DNA of 27,282 nucleotides from Bacteroidia bacterium (GTDB lineage: Bacteria; Bacteroidota; Bacteroidia; NS11-12g; UBA9320): the NCBI GenBank assembly GCA_049609445.1, contig JBMYYN010000001.1, positions 1 to 27,282 on the forward strand. The letters run 5' to 3'. Below the pieces are notes generated by a model, which worked only from the letters and a program-made list of their open reading frames with translations, made no database searches and was not told where the DNA came from. This document shows, piece by piece, positions 1 through 7,444 of this stretch. Numbering within the stretch: the stretch's first letter is position 1; every line of letters begins with the position of its first letter. The position numbers and the translations under genes are program-made.

Positions 1-2
1 TG

Positions 3-203
3 CAGACCATGGATAAGCGACTATTAAAAGAATATAGACACTGGCTTTCAGCAATGATTTCAAAATCTACCAACATCAGTGGCCAAGCCGAACGTATTCG
101 TCACGACTTTTATAAATCCAATTACGATCTGATTATTAATTCTGCGAAAAGCAGGCTCTCAGAGTCCGCCTTCTCAACTTTGTTAAAAAACTTGGAGTCT
201 TGA
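3..203 (+). CDS. Hypothetical protein, probably the 3' end of a gene entering from the left edge
   Basis: Frame is open from nt 3 through the ATG at 9 to TGA at 201-203. It converges on tadA with a 15-nt gap. No recognisable motif. Confidence 0.5.
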   Translation, partial: QTMDKRLLKEYRHWLSAMISKSTNISGQAERIRHDFYKSNYDLIINSAKSRLSESAFSTLLKNLES

Positions 204-218
204 CTTAGCCATTAAGAA

Positions 219-650
219 CTACCTCTTTCTTTCAAAAAAGGTTTTCATCAGTAGCACACTTTCATCTTCGAGTACACCTTGCTTTACGTTAAGTTTTTTT
301 GCTTTTGAAACAAAGTTGGTGAATCCATGCTTGGGTTCTAGGCATCCTATTACGATATTCTCAATACGAGCATTTTTGATGGCTCCATAGCACATTACAC
401 AAGGTTCTACTGTCACATACAATGTACATTCATTGAGGAATTTAGAATCTAGATAGGAACTAGCAGCCGTGATAGCCAACATCTCTGCATGAGCCGTTGG
501 GTCTTTCAGTTTCTCTACTTGATTATATCCTTTACCGATGATTTGATTGTTGGCCACTACCACTGCTCCGATCGGAACTTCATCCTCCCCAAAAGCATTT
601 TCAGCTTGTTTTAGGGCTTGTTTCATAAAGTACTCTGCAGATAGTTCCAT
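219..650 (-). CDS. tadA: tRNA-specific adenosine deaminase (A34-to-I)
   Basis: EVPIGAVVV, HAEMLAI and TVEPCVMC zinc-deaminase motifs (HxE...PCxxC); 143 aa. Confidence 0.9.
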   Translation of the reverse strand: MELSAEYFMKQALKQAENAFGEDEVPIGAVVVANNQIIGKGYNQVEKLKDPTAHAEMLAITAASSYLDSKFLNECTLYVTVEPCVMCYGAIKNARIENIVIGCLEPKHGFTNFVSKAKKLNVKQGVLEDESVLLMKTFFERKR

Positions 651-651
651 T

Positions 652-2223
652 CTATATTTCTGTCTTATTTAGCTGCTCCAATAGGGCATCATACAGCATC
701 TCCCCTACGTACGAAGCTCCTTTGAATGTGAAATGAGTATAGTCTTTTTTTGCTAAACCTTGCTCCACCCAAGCAGACATAGAGTTTTCACCTCCCATGG
801 CTTCATACAGATCCCAAAAACAACATCCGGTTTCAAAAGCTGCATCTTTCATGGCGTTTCTAATCTTGGGAATGTTGGAGTAAGACACAAACTCTCCTTC
901 GTCATTCATACTCATATCACTCGGGCCTATGACTATAATACAAATGTCCGGATTGGTCTCTCTGATTCTTTTCAGCTGTCTCACCAAGATGCGTTTGTAA
1001 TATGAATAGCTTTCAACGACATTGGGAATCACATTCACTCCATACTGCAGTATGATTGCCTTCACATTCATCTTGTTCAGTTGCTGATTGGCGAAGACCA
1101 TGTTGCACTTGTCAAAGGCAAAATACGAACTACCTCTCATACCAAAATTATCCACTGCTACCCCGGTTTGGCCGTCTAAAGCTATACCATATATTTTGGG
1201 AAATTTTCCATTAGGAAAACTCATACGAAGATTCTTTTTGGTGCTCATATTCCAAGTCCAAACACCCAAACCATTTGTAGACGCTAGTTCATAGGTCTTA
1301 TCCAAATTGTCATTCTCTATTCGCGTTTCAAATCGTTCGTCATTAGTATACAGAAGTGAAACCTGAGTATGTTGCTTCGAAAGTCGATACCCCGAATAAC
1401 CCATATTTAGACTTACAAAAGATGGAGTTTGTATTGTGTCGGAGTAGATTTTTTTGATCACTAAGTGTTCTTCTCCTGCAGTATCTATGGTCACCACAGT
1501 ATCTAGTCCCATGTAAGACGTATGTGAGCCGAGTATGGATATGGTTGTTCCACCTATGCCATAGTTGTTGTTTTCTACTTTAGAACCTTTGACATAGACA
1601 GCGTCTTTCTTGAAATTTTCTGTCTCAGAGATAAATACATTCCTGCGTTCTACTGGTTCATTGGGTAGTATAATTCCTGCTCCTTTGCCACCAAAAGTCT
1701 TCTGAAGTTTGTTTCTAAAATAGTCAGTTACGCGGTCTCCTTCTAGTTGAGAGTCACCATAATGAAGTATACGAACCACCTTCTCCTTACTTTCTACACG
1801 CAATCCTCTAGCCAGGCTCGCAAGGGCATCAGGGTTGTTTGGAGGCACTTGTAATCGTCTGTAAGTAGGTACACTCTTAACTGGTAGAGGTTTTGGGGTC
1901 TCCACTTTTTTGACATCTACTGCCGTATCCACAAGTATAGGTTCTACGACCAATACAGAGTCTATAACAACCTCTGGCTCTACTGGCTCAATACCTTTGA
2001 GTACATCCTTGAGATCTACCTCTTTTACTACCTTATCTTCTGTTCCTAAGAGGCCGTCCAATGAGACAAACTTGAGGCTTCCTGCTTCTCCTAAATCTAT
2101 TCCATCATTTGGAAAAAAAGCTACAATGACTCCTAGTAATATATTGACAATAATGAGTATTGTGAGAACTGTAGTTGGACGTATGCCCCTACTTTCTAGA
2201 TATTCTTTTTCATCCAGCTTCAC
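652..2223 (-). CDS. Membrane-anchored SGNH/GDSL hydrolase-family protein (PatB-like O-acetyltransferase/esterase)
   Basis: N-terminal TM helix and a Pro/Glu/Val-rich linker, then all SGNH blocks: RILHYGDSQ (I), DNFGMRG (II), ILQYGVN (III), DYTHF (V, DxxH). GTG start. Confidence 0.8.
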   Translation of the reverse strand: MKLDEKEYLESRGIRPTTVLTILIIVNILLGVIVAFFPNDGIDLGEAGSLKFVSLDGLLGTEDKVVKEVDLKDVLKGIEPVEPEVVIDSVLVVEPILVDTAVDVKKVETPKPLPVKSVPTYRRLQVPPNNPDALASLARGLRVESKEKVVRILHYGDSQLEGDRVTDYFRNKLQKTFGGKGAGIILPNEPVERRNVFISETENFKKDAVYVKGSKVENNNYGIGGTTISILGSHTSYMGLDTVVTIDTAGEEHLVIKKIYSDTIQTPSFVSLNMGYSGYRLSKQHTQVSLLYTNDERFETRIENDNLDKTYELASTNGLGVWTWNMSTKKNLRMSFPNGKFPKIYGIALDGQTGVAVDNFGMRGSSYFAFDKCNMVFANQQLNKMNVKAIILQYGVNVIPNVVESYSYYKRILVRQLKRIRETNPDICIIVIGPSDMSMNDEGEFVSYSNIPKIRNAMKDAAFETGCCFWDLYEAMGGENSMSAWVEQGLAKKDYTHFTFKGASYVGEMLYDALLEQLNKTEI

Positions 2224-2232
2224 ACCTTGAAG

Positions 2233-3411
2233 TTAGTCCTTTCTGATTTGACCTCTTTTCTGAGCCATGGTCATACGATTCATTCGCATATAGTACGCTT
2301 TTTTACTTGCTGGTACTTTTACGTATAGACGTTGACCTACATTTATTCTACTGCTTCTCAAATTGTTCCAAGCTTTTAGCTGAGACAATCTACAGTCGTA
2401 TAAATCTGCAATTATTAAAAGTGCATCGCCACTTTTTACTCTGTATATAAGTGTCACATGGCTTGGTGCCGGTTTCTTTTTCACTGGCTTAGCTATAGGC
2501 TTGCCTGCAGAATCAGTAGGAATCGTATCCACTTTTACTTGTGTATATACACTATCTCCTAGTTCTTTAAACAAGGCTACCTTCGCAATCGGAAGGTTAA
2601 CTATATACGGCTTTTTACCCAGAGGGATGATGTCCTTTTTGTATATTGGGTTTAGACTTGAGATTGTACTCTTTTTTATATCCAGTTTTTTGGAAAGAAG
2701 GTCAAAGGTTGTGTGCTTCACTGCCTCCACTTCTTCGGACGGAATAGTTGAAGTCTGAATGCTGTATCCATACTCTTCGTAGAAATTTGCGAGGTACACC
2801 GCCGCCACAAAACGTGGATATACTCGTTGGAATTCATCCTTTAGAGCATTGTTTATCGTCCAAAAATCGCCTGTAGAATCTATCGAAGTGATTCGTGCCT
2901 TGTTCCATTCCAAGTCACTACTACTGTACACTGTAAGAGCTTTTCTCCAATCCTTTGACTTTTCATAGAGCTTTTTAATTTCTTTAGAAAAAGCATCTGC
3001 AGATTTTAACACATCGCGTCTCTCATCTACGAAATTGGTAATGTTCAGTCCTTGTCTCTTCGCCACACGATAAGTCAGCATATAGTACCCTTCTCTGCCA
3101 ATGGGGTGTACTGTAGAATTGTCACAGTCGGTAAGGGAGATACATGCATATCTCAACTCTGTAGGCACTCCATTCTTTTCAAAAATAGCTTTCAACTCAG
3201 TGTCATATACAGCAAAACTATTAAGTGCTTTTTGCGATTTTTCGCTAATACTGCTTATGTAGCCTGAAAGGTGTTGCTTCACCACAGCATTGTACTCTAA
3301 CGGAACAGCCTTTTCTAAGCTTTTCAGTCGATTTACAATAGTGCTATCTGGCATTTGCCCAAAAGCAAATATCCCGATGAATCCACACAATAATAATAGG
3401 CTATTTCTCAT
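2233..3411 (-). CDS. MltD-like SLT-fold plus LysM protein with degenerate catalytic motifs
   Basis: Signal peptide; MltD-like segments GVPTELRY, VDERRDVLKSADA and LNPIYKKDIIP; C-terminal LysM (YRVKSGDALLIIADLY...LKAWNNLRSSRINVGQRL). Overlaps the gatA stop by 11 nt. Confidence 0.8.
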   Translation of the reverse strand: MRNSLLLLCGFIGIFAFGQMPDSTIVNRLKSLEKAVPLEYNAVVKQHLSGYISSISEKSQKALNSFAVYDTELKAIFEKNGVPTELRYACISLTDCDNSTVHPIGREGYYMLTYRVAKRQGLNITNFVDERRDVLKSADAFSKEIKKLYEKSKDWRKALTVYSSSDLEWNKARITSIDSTGDFWTINNALKDEFQRVYPRFVAAVYLANFYEEYGYSIQTSTIPSEEVEAVKHTTFDLLSKKLDIKKSTISSLNPIYKKDIIPLGKKPYIVNLPIAKVALFKELGDSVYTQVKVDTIPTDSAGKPIAKPVKKKPAPSHVTLIYRVKSGDALLIIADLYDCRLSQLKAWNNLRSSRINVGQRLYVKVPASKKAYYMRMNRMTMAQKRGQIRKD

Positions 3412-4831
3412 AGTATTTTGATACGATATTAGTGATGTTTAATAGTTCATTCTCTTCGAAAGCTCTGCCCATAAAGTGCATTCCAATAGACAAACCATCG
3501 GCTTCTTCAGTAGGAACTGTCACAGCTGGAAGTCCTGCTAAGGGAGCTTGTACTGTAAATATATCGGCTAGATACATCTGAATTGGGTCTTTCGATTTTT
3601 CACCTCCTATTTCAAAAGCTGTTGTGGGTGTCGTAGGACATAAGAAGAAATCAAACTCTTCAAGAATTTTGTCGCTTTCTTCCTTAATGACTCTTCTTAC
3701 TTTTTGAGCTTTGGAGTAGTATGCATCATACGAATCTGCACTCAAAACAAATGTTCCGGTCATGATTCTTCGTTTCACCTCTTCACCGAAACCTTCTGTC
3801 CTTGATTTTTTGAAAGTGGACTCTATATCATGAGCTTCAGTACTACGCTCACCATAGAGTATGCCACTATAACGAGACAAATTAGACGAAGCCTCCGCTG
3901 TAGTAAGTACGTAATAGCAAGGGACCATGTAGTCCAAATAAGGAAAAGATCTTTCCTCAACGGTATGTCCATCCGTTTTCAACTTCTCTATTAATTCCAC
4001 ATATGTATTCCGCACTTCAGGTTGTAAACCTTCGCTTTCTAGTGCTTCTTTGGAATATGCTATTCTATATTTTTTTGTTGAGTTCTCAGTATATGTAGTT
4101 ACCTCATGAGACGATGAAGTAGCATCCATCTCATCCTTGCCAGACATGATTTCTAGAAGCAAAGCAGCATCTTCAGTACTGCTAGTTATTGGACCTATTT
4201 GGTCAAAACTAGATGCATATGCAAAAAGTCCATATCTAGAAATTCGTCCGTATGTAGGTTTGAAACCAATGGTGCCAGTAAATGAAGCTGGCTGCCTCAC
4301 CGAACCTCCAGTATCTGACCCCAAAGCCGCCAGACACAAGTCTGCTTGTACTGCAACTGCACTTCCACCGGAGCTTCCACCGGGGACTTTTGATTCGTCC
4401 GCGGCGTTTCTCACCACACCGTATGCTGAGTTCTCATTACTTGCACCCATAGCAAACTCATCACAATTACATCTACCTATTACTATCACGTCTTCATCTA
4501 GTAAACGCTGAAGTGCCGTAGAAGTATATACCGCTTCGTAATTTTCTATGATTTTGGAAGACCCAGATACTTTGTGACCAGTATAACAAATGTTGTCCTT
4601 GATAGCCAAAAACATACCAGCTAGTCTTCCCGCAGTTCCATCTGCAATTTTTTGATCTAGTTCAGTTGCTTTTTGGACCACCTCATCCTCAAACACTTCT
4701 AGAAGGGCATTCAGATGTGCCTTCTCCTTGTTTTGATTTAAATAATGGTTTGCTAACTCAACACAAGAGGTTTTCCCTTGTTTGATATCTTCTTGTATGT
4801 GAGCTAAGGACGTATATTTTTTAGAATTCAT
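3401..4831 (-). CDS. gatA: Asp-tRNA(Asn)/Glu-tRNA(Gln) amidotransferase subunit A
   Basis: Amidase signature AIKDNIC, GGSSGGSA and LGSDTGGSVRQPA; also EASSNLSRY, GEEVKRRIMTGT and MYLADIFTV. Confidence 0.95.
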   Translation of the reverse strand: MNSKKYTSLAHIQEDIKQGKTSCVELANHYLNQNKEKAHLNALLEVFEDEVVQKATELDQKIADGTAGRLAGMFLAIKDNICYTGHKVSGSSKIIENYEAVYTSTALQRLLDEDVIVIGRCNCDEFAMGASNENSAYGVVRNAADESKVPGGSSGGSAVAVQADLCLAALGSDTGGSVRQPASFTGTIGFKPTYGRISRYGLFAYASSFDQIGPITSSTEDAALLLEIMSGKDEMDATSSSHEVTTYTENSTKKYRIAYSKEALESEGLQPEVRNTYVELIEKLKTDGHTVEERSFPYLDYMVPCYYVLTTAEASSNLSRYSGILYGERSTEAHDIESTFKKSRTEGFGEEVKRRIMTGTFVLSADSYDAYYSKAQKVRRVIKEESDKILEEFDFFLCPTTPTTAFEIGGEKSKDPIQMYLADIFTVQAPLAGLPAVTVPTEEADGLSIGMHFMGRAFEENELLNITNIVSKYYEK

Positions 4832-4836
4832 TAACC

Positions 4837-5055
4837 TTACTTGTCCTCCGATTTTTCAGATTTTGGGGCTTCGTTCATTCCATCCTTTATTTGCTCAGTA
4901 ACTTCATTTTTAGCTTTATTAAACTCACGAATACCTGAGCCTAAGCCTTTCATCAATTCTGGAATTTTTCTACCTCCAAAAAGAAGAAGAACAACAAGTA
5001 CAATCACAGTGATTTCTGCACCGCCTAAACCGAATAATAACATTGTTGAAATCAT
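4837..5055 (-). CDS. tatA: Twin-arginine translocase subunit TatA/E
   Basis: TM helix followed by [26 protein letters not shown] and a charged tail; 72 aa. Confidence 0.93.
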   Translation of the reverse strand: MISTMLLFGLGGAEITVIVLVVLLLFGGRKIPELMKGLGSGIREFNKAKNEVTEQIKDGMNEAPKSEKSEDK

Positions 5056-5072
5056 AATTTTATTCTATACAA

Positions 5073-5080
5073 CAAACGTA
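5073..5080 (-). promoter_or_regulatory. Bacteroidota sigma70 -7 box for the tatA-gatA operon
   Basis: TACGTTTG on the minus strand (TAnnTTTG consensus), 17 nt before the tatA ATG. Confidence 0.6.
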
Positions 5081-5129
5081 CAATAAAGTTTTGAGAGTAC
5101 TGCGAGCAGGCAAGTTTTAAAAGAATGAT

Positions 5130-5137
5130 TAACTTCG
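5130..5137 (+). promoter_or_regulatory. Putative -7 box variant for nbaC
   Basis: TAACTTCG, one mismatch to TAnnTTTG, 18 nt before the ATG at 5156. Confidence 0.4.
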
Positions 5138-5155
5138 TCCAAAATCAGAATAACT

Positions 5156-5683
5156 ATGGCAATTAGACGACCTTTTAACCTTCAAAAATGGATAGATGAA
5201 CACCGTCATGAACTTAAACCTCCGGTAGCTAATAGAAACCTGTACAAGGATGCAGGAGACTATATCGTGATGATAGTAGCTGGACCAAATGCTCGTAAAG
5301 ACTACCACTATAACGAAACCGAAGAGTTGTTTTACCAATTAGAAGGTGATATCAATGTGCGTATACAGGAAGATGGAAAGGCTGTAGATATTCCAATAAA
5401 AGAAGGTGAAATGTTTCTACTGCCAGGCAATGTACCTCACTCACCAATGCGAGGGGAAGGCAGTGTGGGATTAGTTATAGAATGTAAGCGTACTCATGGT
5501 GAGCAAGATGGTCTTATGTGGTTTTGTGACAACTGCAACAACAAACTTCACGAGTTCAAATTTCCACTTACAGATGTAGAAAAAGACTTTCAGCCTAGGT
5601 TTAGAGAATACTATGCTTCTGAAGAACTACGCACTTGTGACAAGTGTGGCACCATGATGGAAACAGACCCTAGGTTTGTTTAG
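5156..5683 (+). CDS. nbaC: 3-hydroxyanthranilate 3,4-dioxygenase (kynurenine route to NAD)
   Basis: FNLQKWIDEH..LKPPVAN, GPNARKDYHYNETEELFYQLEG and VPHSP motifs, plus rubredoxin-like CDNC...CDKC. Confidence 0.95.
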   Translation: MAIRRPFNLQKWIDEHRHELKPPVANRNLYKDAGDYIVMIVAGPNARKDYHYNETEELFYQLEGDINVRIQEDGKAVDIPIKEGEMFLLPGNVPHSPMRGEGSVGLVIECKRTHGEQDGLMWFCDNCNNKLHEFKFPLTDVEKDFQPRFREYYASEELRTCDKCGTMMETDPRFV

Positions 5684-6058
5684 ATGAACATTTTTTCAAA
5701 ATGTTCTAAATGCAGTGCTGAACTGAAGAGCACTACAACTCACTATACTCGCTTAGAACATGCTATGCGAAAAGGAGAGTATGTTGAACAACGATGCACT
5801 ATTTGCAATCATGACAACAAACACCTTATAGATGAGTACAAGACAAAACCATCTAAATCTTTAAGAAAAATTGCTTTGGTTGCATTAGTAGTTGGTCTAG
5901 TTATTTCTGTACTTGTTTTTCTATGGCTGCTTAAAACTAAAGAAGTAATATTAGTTGCATACGGAATGTTTGGCATACCATTTTTTGTGTATGGCTCCAT
6001 AGTCAAATACGACCAAAGTCGTGTGAATAATTTCAACTCTTTGTTTGTAAAATGTTAA
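5684..6058 (+). CDS. Hypothetical membrane protein with an N-terminal CxxC...CxxC and two TM helices
   Basis: CSKC and CTIC pairs, then hydrophobic IALVALVVGLVISVLVFLWLL and VILVAYGMFGIPFFVYGSIV. ATG directly follows the nbaC TAG. Confidence 0.7.
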   Translation: MNIFSKCSKCSAELKSTTTHYTRLEHAMRKGEYVEQRCTICNHDNKHLIDEYKTKPSKSLRKIALVALVVGLVISVLVFLWLLKTKEVILVAYGMFGIPFFVYGSIVKYDQSRVNNFNSLFVKC

Positions 6059-6072
6059 CTCCAAAATAGACT

Positions 6073-6480
6073 ATGAAAAAGTATGTCATGTTTACCTTGT
6101 TAGTTTTATCTACTCTATTCTCTTGCACCGATTTCGTCGAAGAAAAGGAAGAAAAATTTAGCTGAATATATCTAGAGGTGGCAACCGAGAATCAACTTGA
6201 ACCGGATGATTATATGTATGGTAGAATAAAGAGTAGCATTCTAAATCGAATTCAGAATGATGAGGACGAAAGACATGTTTTTACTATAAGAGACATTCGG
6301 TACATAAGTAAATCTGACAGCATAGAAGTAGAAGAAGACAACACCCTAACGGGTACTAAGACCTACTACTCAAAACACATAAGGCACATAGAAAACATCA
6401 AAGGTGACCCGCTCCTTATACCTATGGACCACCCACTGTCTCAGAAAAGTCTAAAGTACGTTAGAGACAATAAACTTTAA
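6073..6480 (+). pseudogene. Putative lipoprotein gene interrupted by one in-frame TGA at 6163-6165
   Basis: ATG 6073 gives MKKYVMFTLLVLSTLFSC (lipobox) then TDFVEEKEEKFS*IYLEV, continuing in the same frame into the 100-aa ORF 6178-6480. Confidence 0.65.
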
Positions 6481-6485
6481 TTCCT

Positions 6486-7022
6486 CTACTTCTTTCCAGC
6501 ACCCTTAAAATGCTGCTCCTTATCTCTGAAAAGAACATTGAAAGTGGTCAATGATCCGTAGATTCTTGTAATGTATTGCTGCAAGCCTACTTTGTCTTGG
6601 TCATCCAATATTTTGTGGCTATTTATGCTCTGTTCTAGTACACGAAGCCTGTCACGTACCATCACTATCTTATGAAAAAATGTCTCAAGAGGAATTTCTT
6701 TTACAGAAAGGTTTTCGTCCTTCGGTTCTAAGACCATCAAACCGCCTTTCCACTTATCAGCCAAATGTACTCGCTCTGTAGCGTCAGTATAACGAGACAT
6801 CATACTGTAAAAAATATCTTCTACCTCGTCCATGGTGACCATGTTGCTCGCACCTTCAAGCACCTCTACTATTTCCAAATCCTCAGACGTTCGTTCTATC
6901 TCTTCTACCCCTCCTTCAAAAAAACTAATAGATAAAAATTCTAGACCAATTCTGCAAATTATTCCATCTCCATACTCAGCGTGTTTCACTCTGCTGCCTA
7001 TCGTCAATTCCTTATTACTCAT
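6486..7022 (-). CDS. Hypothetical protein with an N-terminal UvrD/PcrA-CTD-like (Tudor/SH3-like) motif
   Basis: LTIGSRVKHAEYGDGII resembles GxxVxHxxFGxGxV; C-terminal part is helical. ATG 7022 is preferred over TTG 7031 because the TTG lies inside the -7 box. Confidence 0.75.
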   Translation of the reverse strand: MSNKELTIGSRVKHAEYGDGIICRIGLEFLSISFFEGGVEEIERTSEDLEIVEVLEGASNMVTMDEVEDIFYSMMSRYTDATERVHLADKWKGGLMVLEPKDENLSVKEIPLETFFHKIVMVRDRLRVLEQSINSHKILDDQDKVGLQQYITRIYGSLTTFNVLFRDKEQHFKGAGKK

Positions 7023-7028
7023 TAGGGT

Positions 7029-7036
7029 CAAAAATA
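7029..7036 (-). promoter_or_regulatory. -7 box for the 6486-7022 gene
   Basis: TATTTTTG on the minus strand, ending 6 nt before the ATG. Confidence 0.5.
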
Positions 7037-7047
7037 ATTAGATTATC

Positions 7048-7055
7048 TATCTTCG
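7048..7055 (+). promoter_or_regulatory. Putative -7 box variant for the 7072 gene (back-to-back promoter)
   Basis: TATCTTCG, 16 nt before the ATG at 7072. Confidence 0.45.
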
Positions 7056-7071
7056 CTATCCACATTTATCT

Positions 7072-7383
7072 ATGAAAGCCATCACTAAACTAATCGCATT
7101 TATCGAAGATCCTTTTACAAAAGAAGAAGACCGTGAAAAAGCGATATCAGAGTTGAACCTCTCTGGAACTCCAACAAGTGAAGTTGAGGAAATGGCGTAC
7201 GCTCACTGGCAAAACTATTTTGCCGAAAATATGGACGATATACTCACTAAAAGATTAGTAATCATAAGCCATTTGCTTGCCGATAATGTGGTCAATCAAT
7301 GTTTTCAGGATGTGTTTCAAGAGTATCAAGACAAGCGTAAACAAATGGGTATAGACGATATTCGAAAATTTTGGGCACCATAG
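7072..7383 (+). CDS. Hypothetical acidic, helical protein (103 aa)
   Basis: ATG-started ORF that fills the space between neighbours and has a candidate promoter. No motif recognised. Confidence 0.7.
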   Translation: MKAITKLIAFIEDPFTKEEDREKAISELNLSGTPTSEVEEMAYAHWQNYFAENMDDILTKRLVIISHLLADNVVNQCFQDVFQEYQDKRKQMGIDDIRKFWAP

Positions 7384-7401
7384 CCAGAATATGCTCTTTA
7401 A

Positions 7402-7434
7402 TTTAATATTGAAGCATTCATTCCTTTAATATTG
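7402..7434. repeat. 10-bp direct repeat TTTAATATTG, two copies with 23-bp period
   Basis: Exact copies at 7402-7411 and 7425-7434 in the gap before the SDR gene. Confidence 0.6.
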
Positions 7435-7444
7435 TATTAGAAAC

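Noticed and set aside
1910-2230. Thr/Ser-rich 106-aa plus-strand ORF resembling a mucin-like protein
   Set aside because: It is the antisense shadow of the Val/Glu/Asp-rich SGNH linker codons.
6163-6220. Selenocysteine or TGA=Trp recoding for the interrupted lipoprotein
   Set aside because: TGA is a real stop for the SDR (8210), dinB (24332) and the ECF sigma (25811), so the genetic code is standard. Only a 3-bp GGT-GGCA-ACC stem follows the codon, not a convincing SECIS, and the context is not a redox motif.
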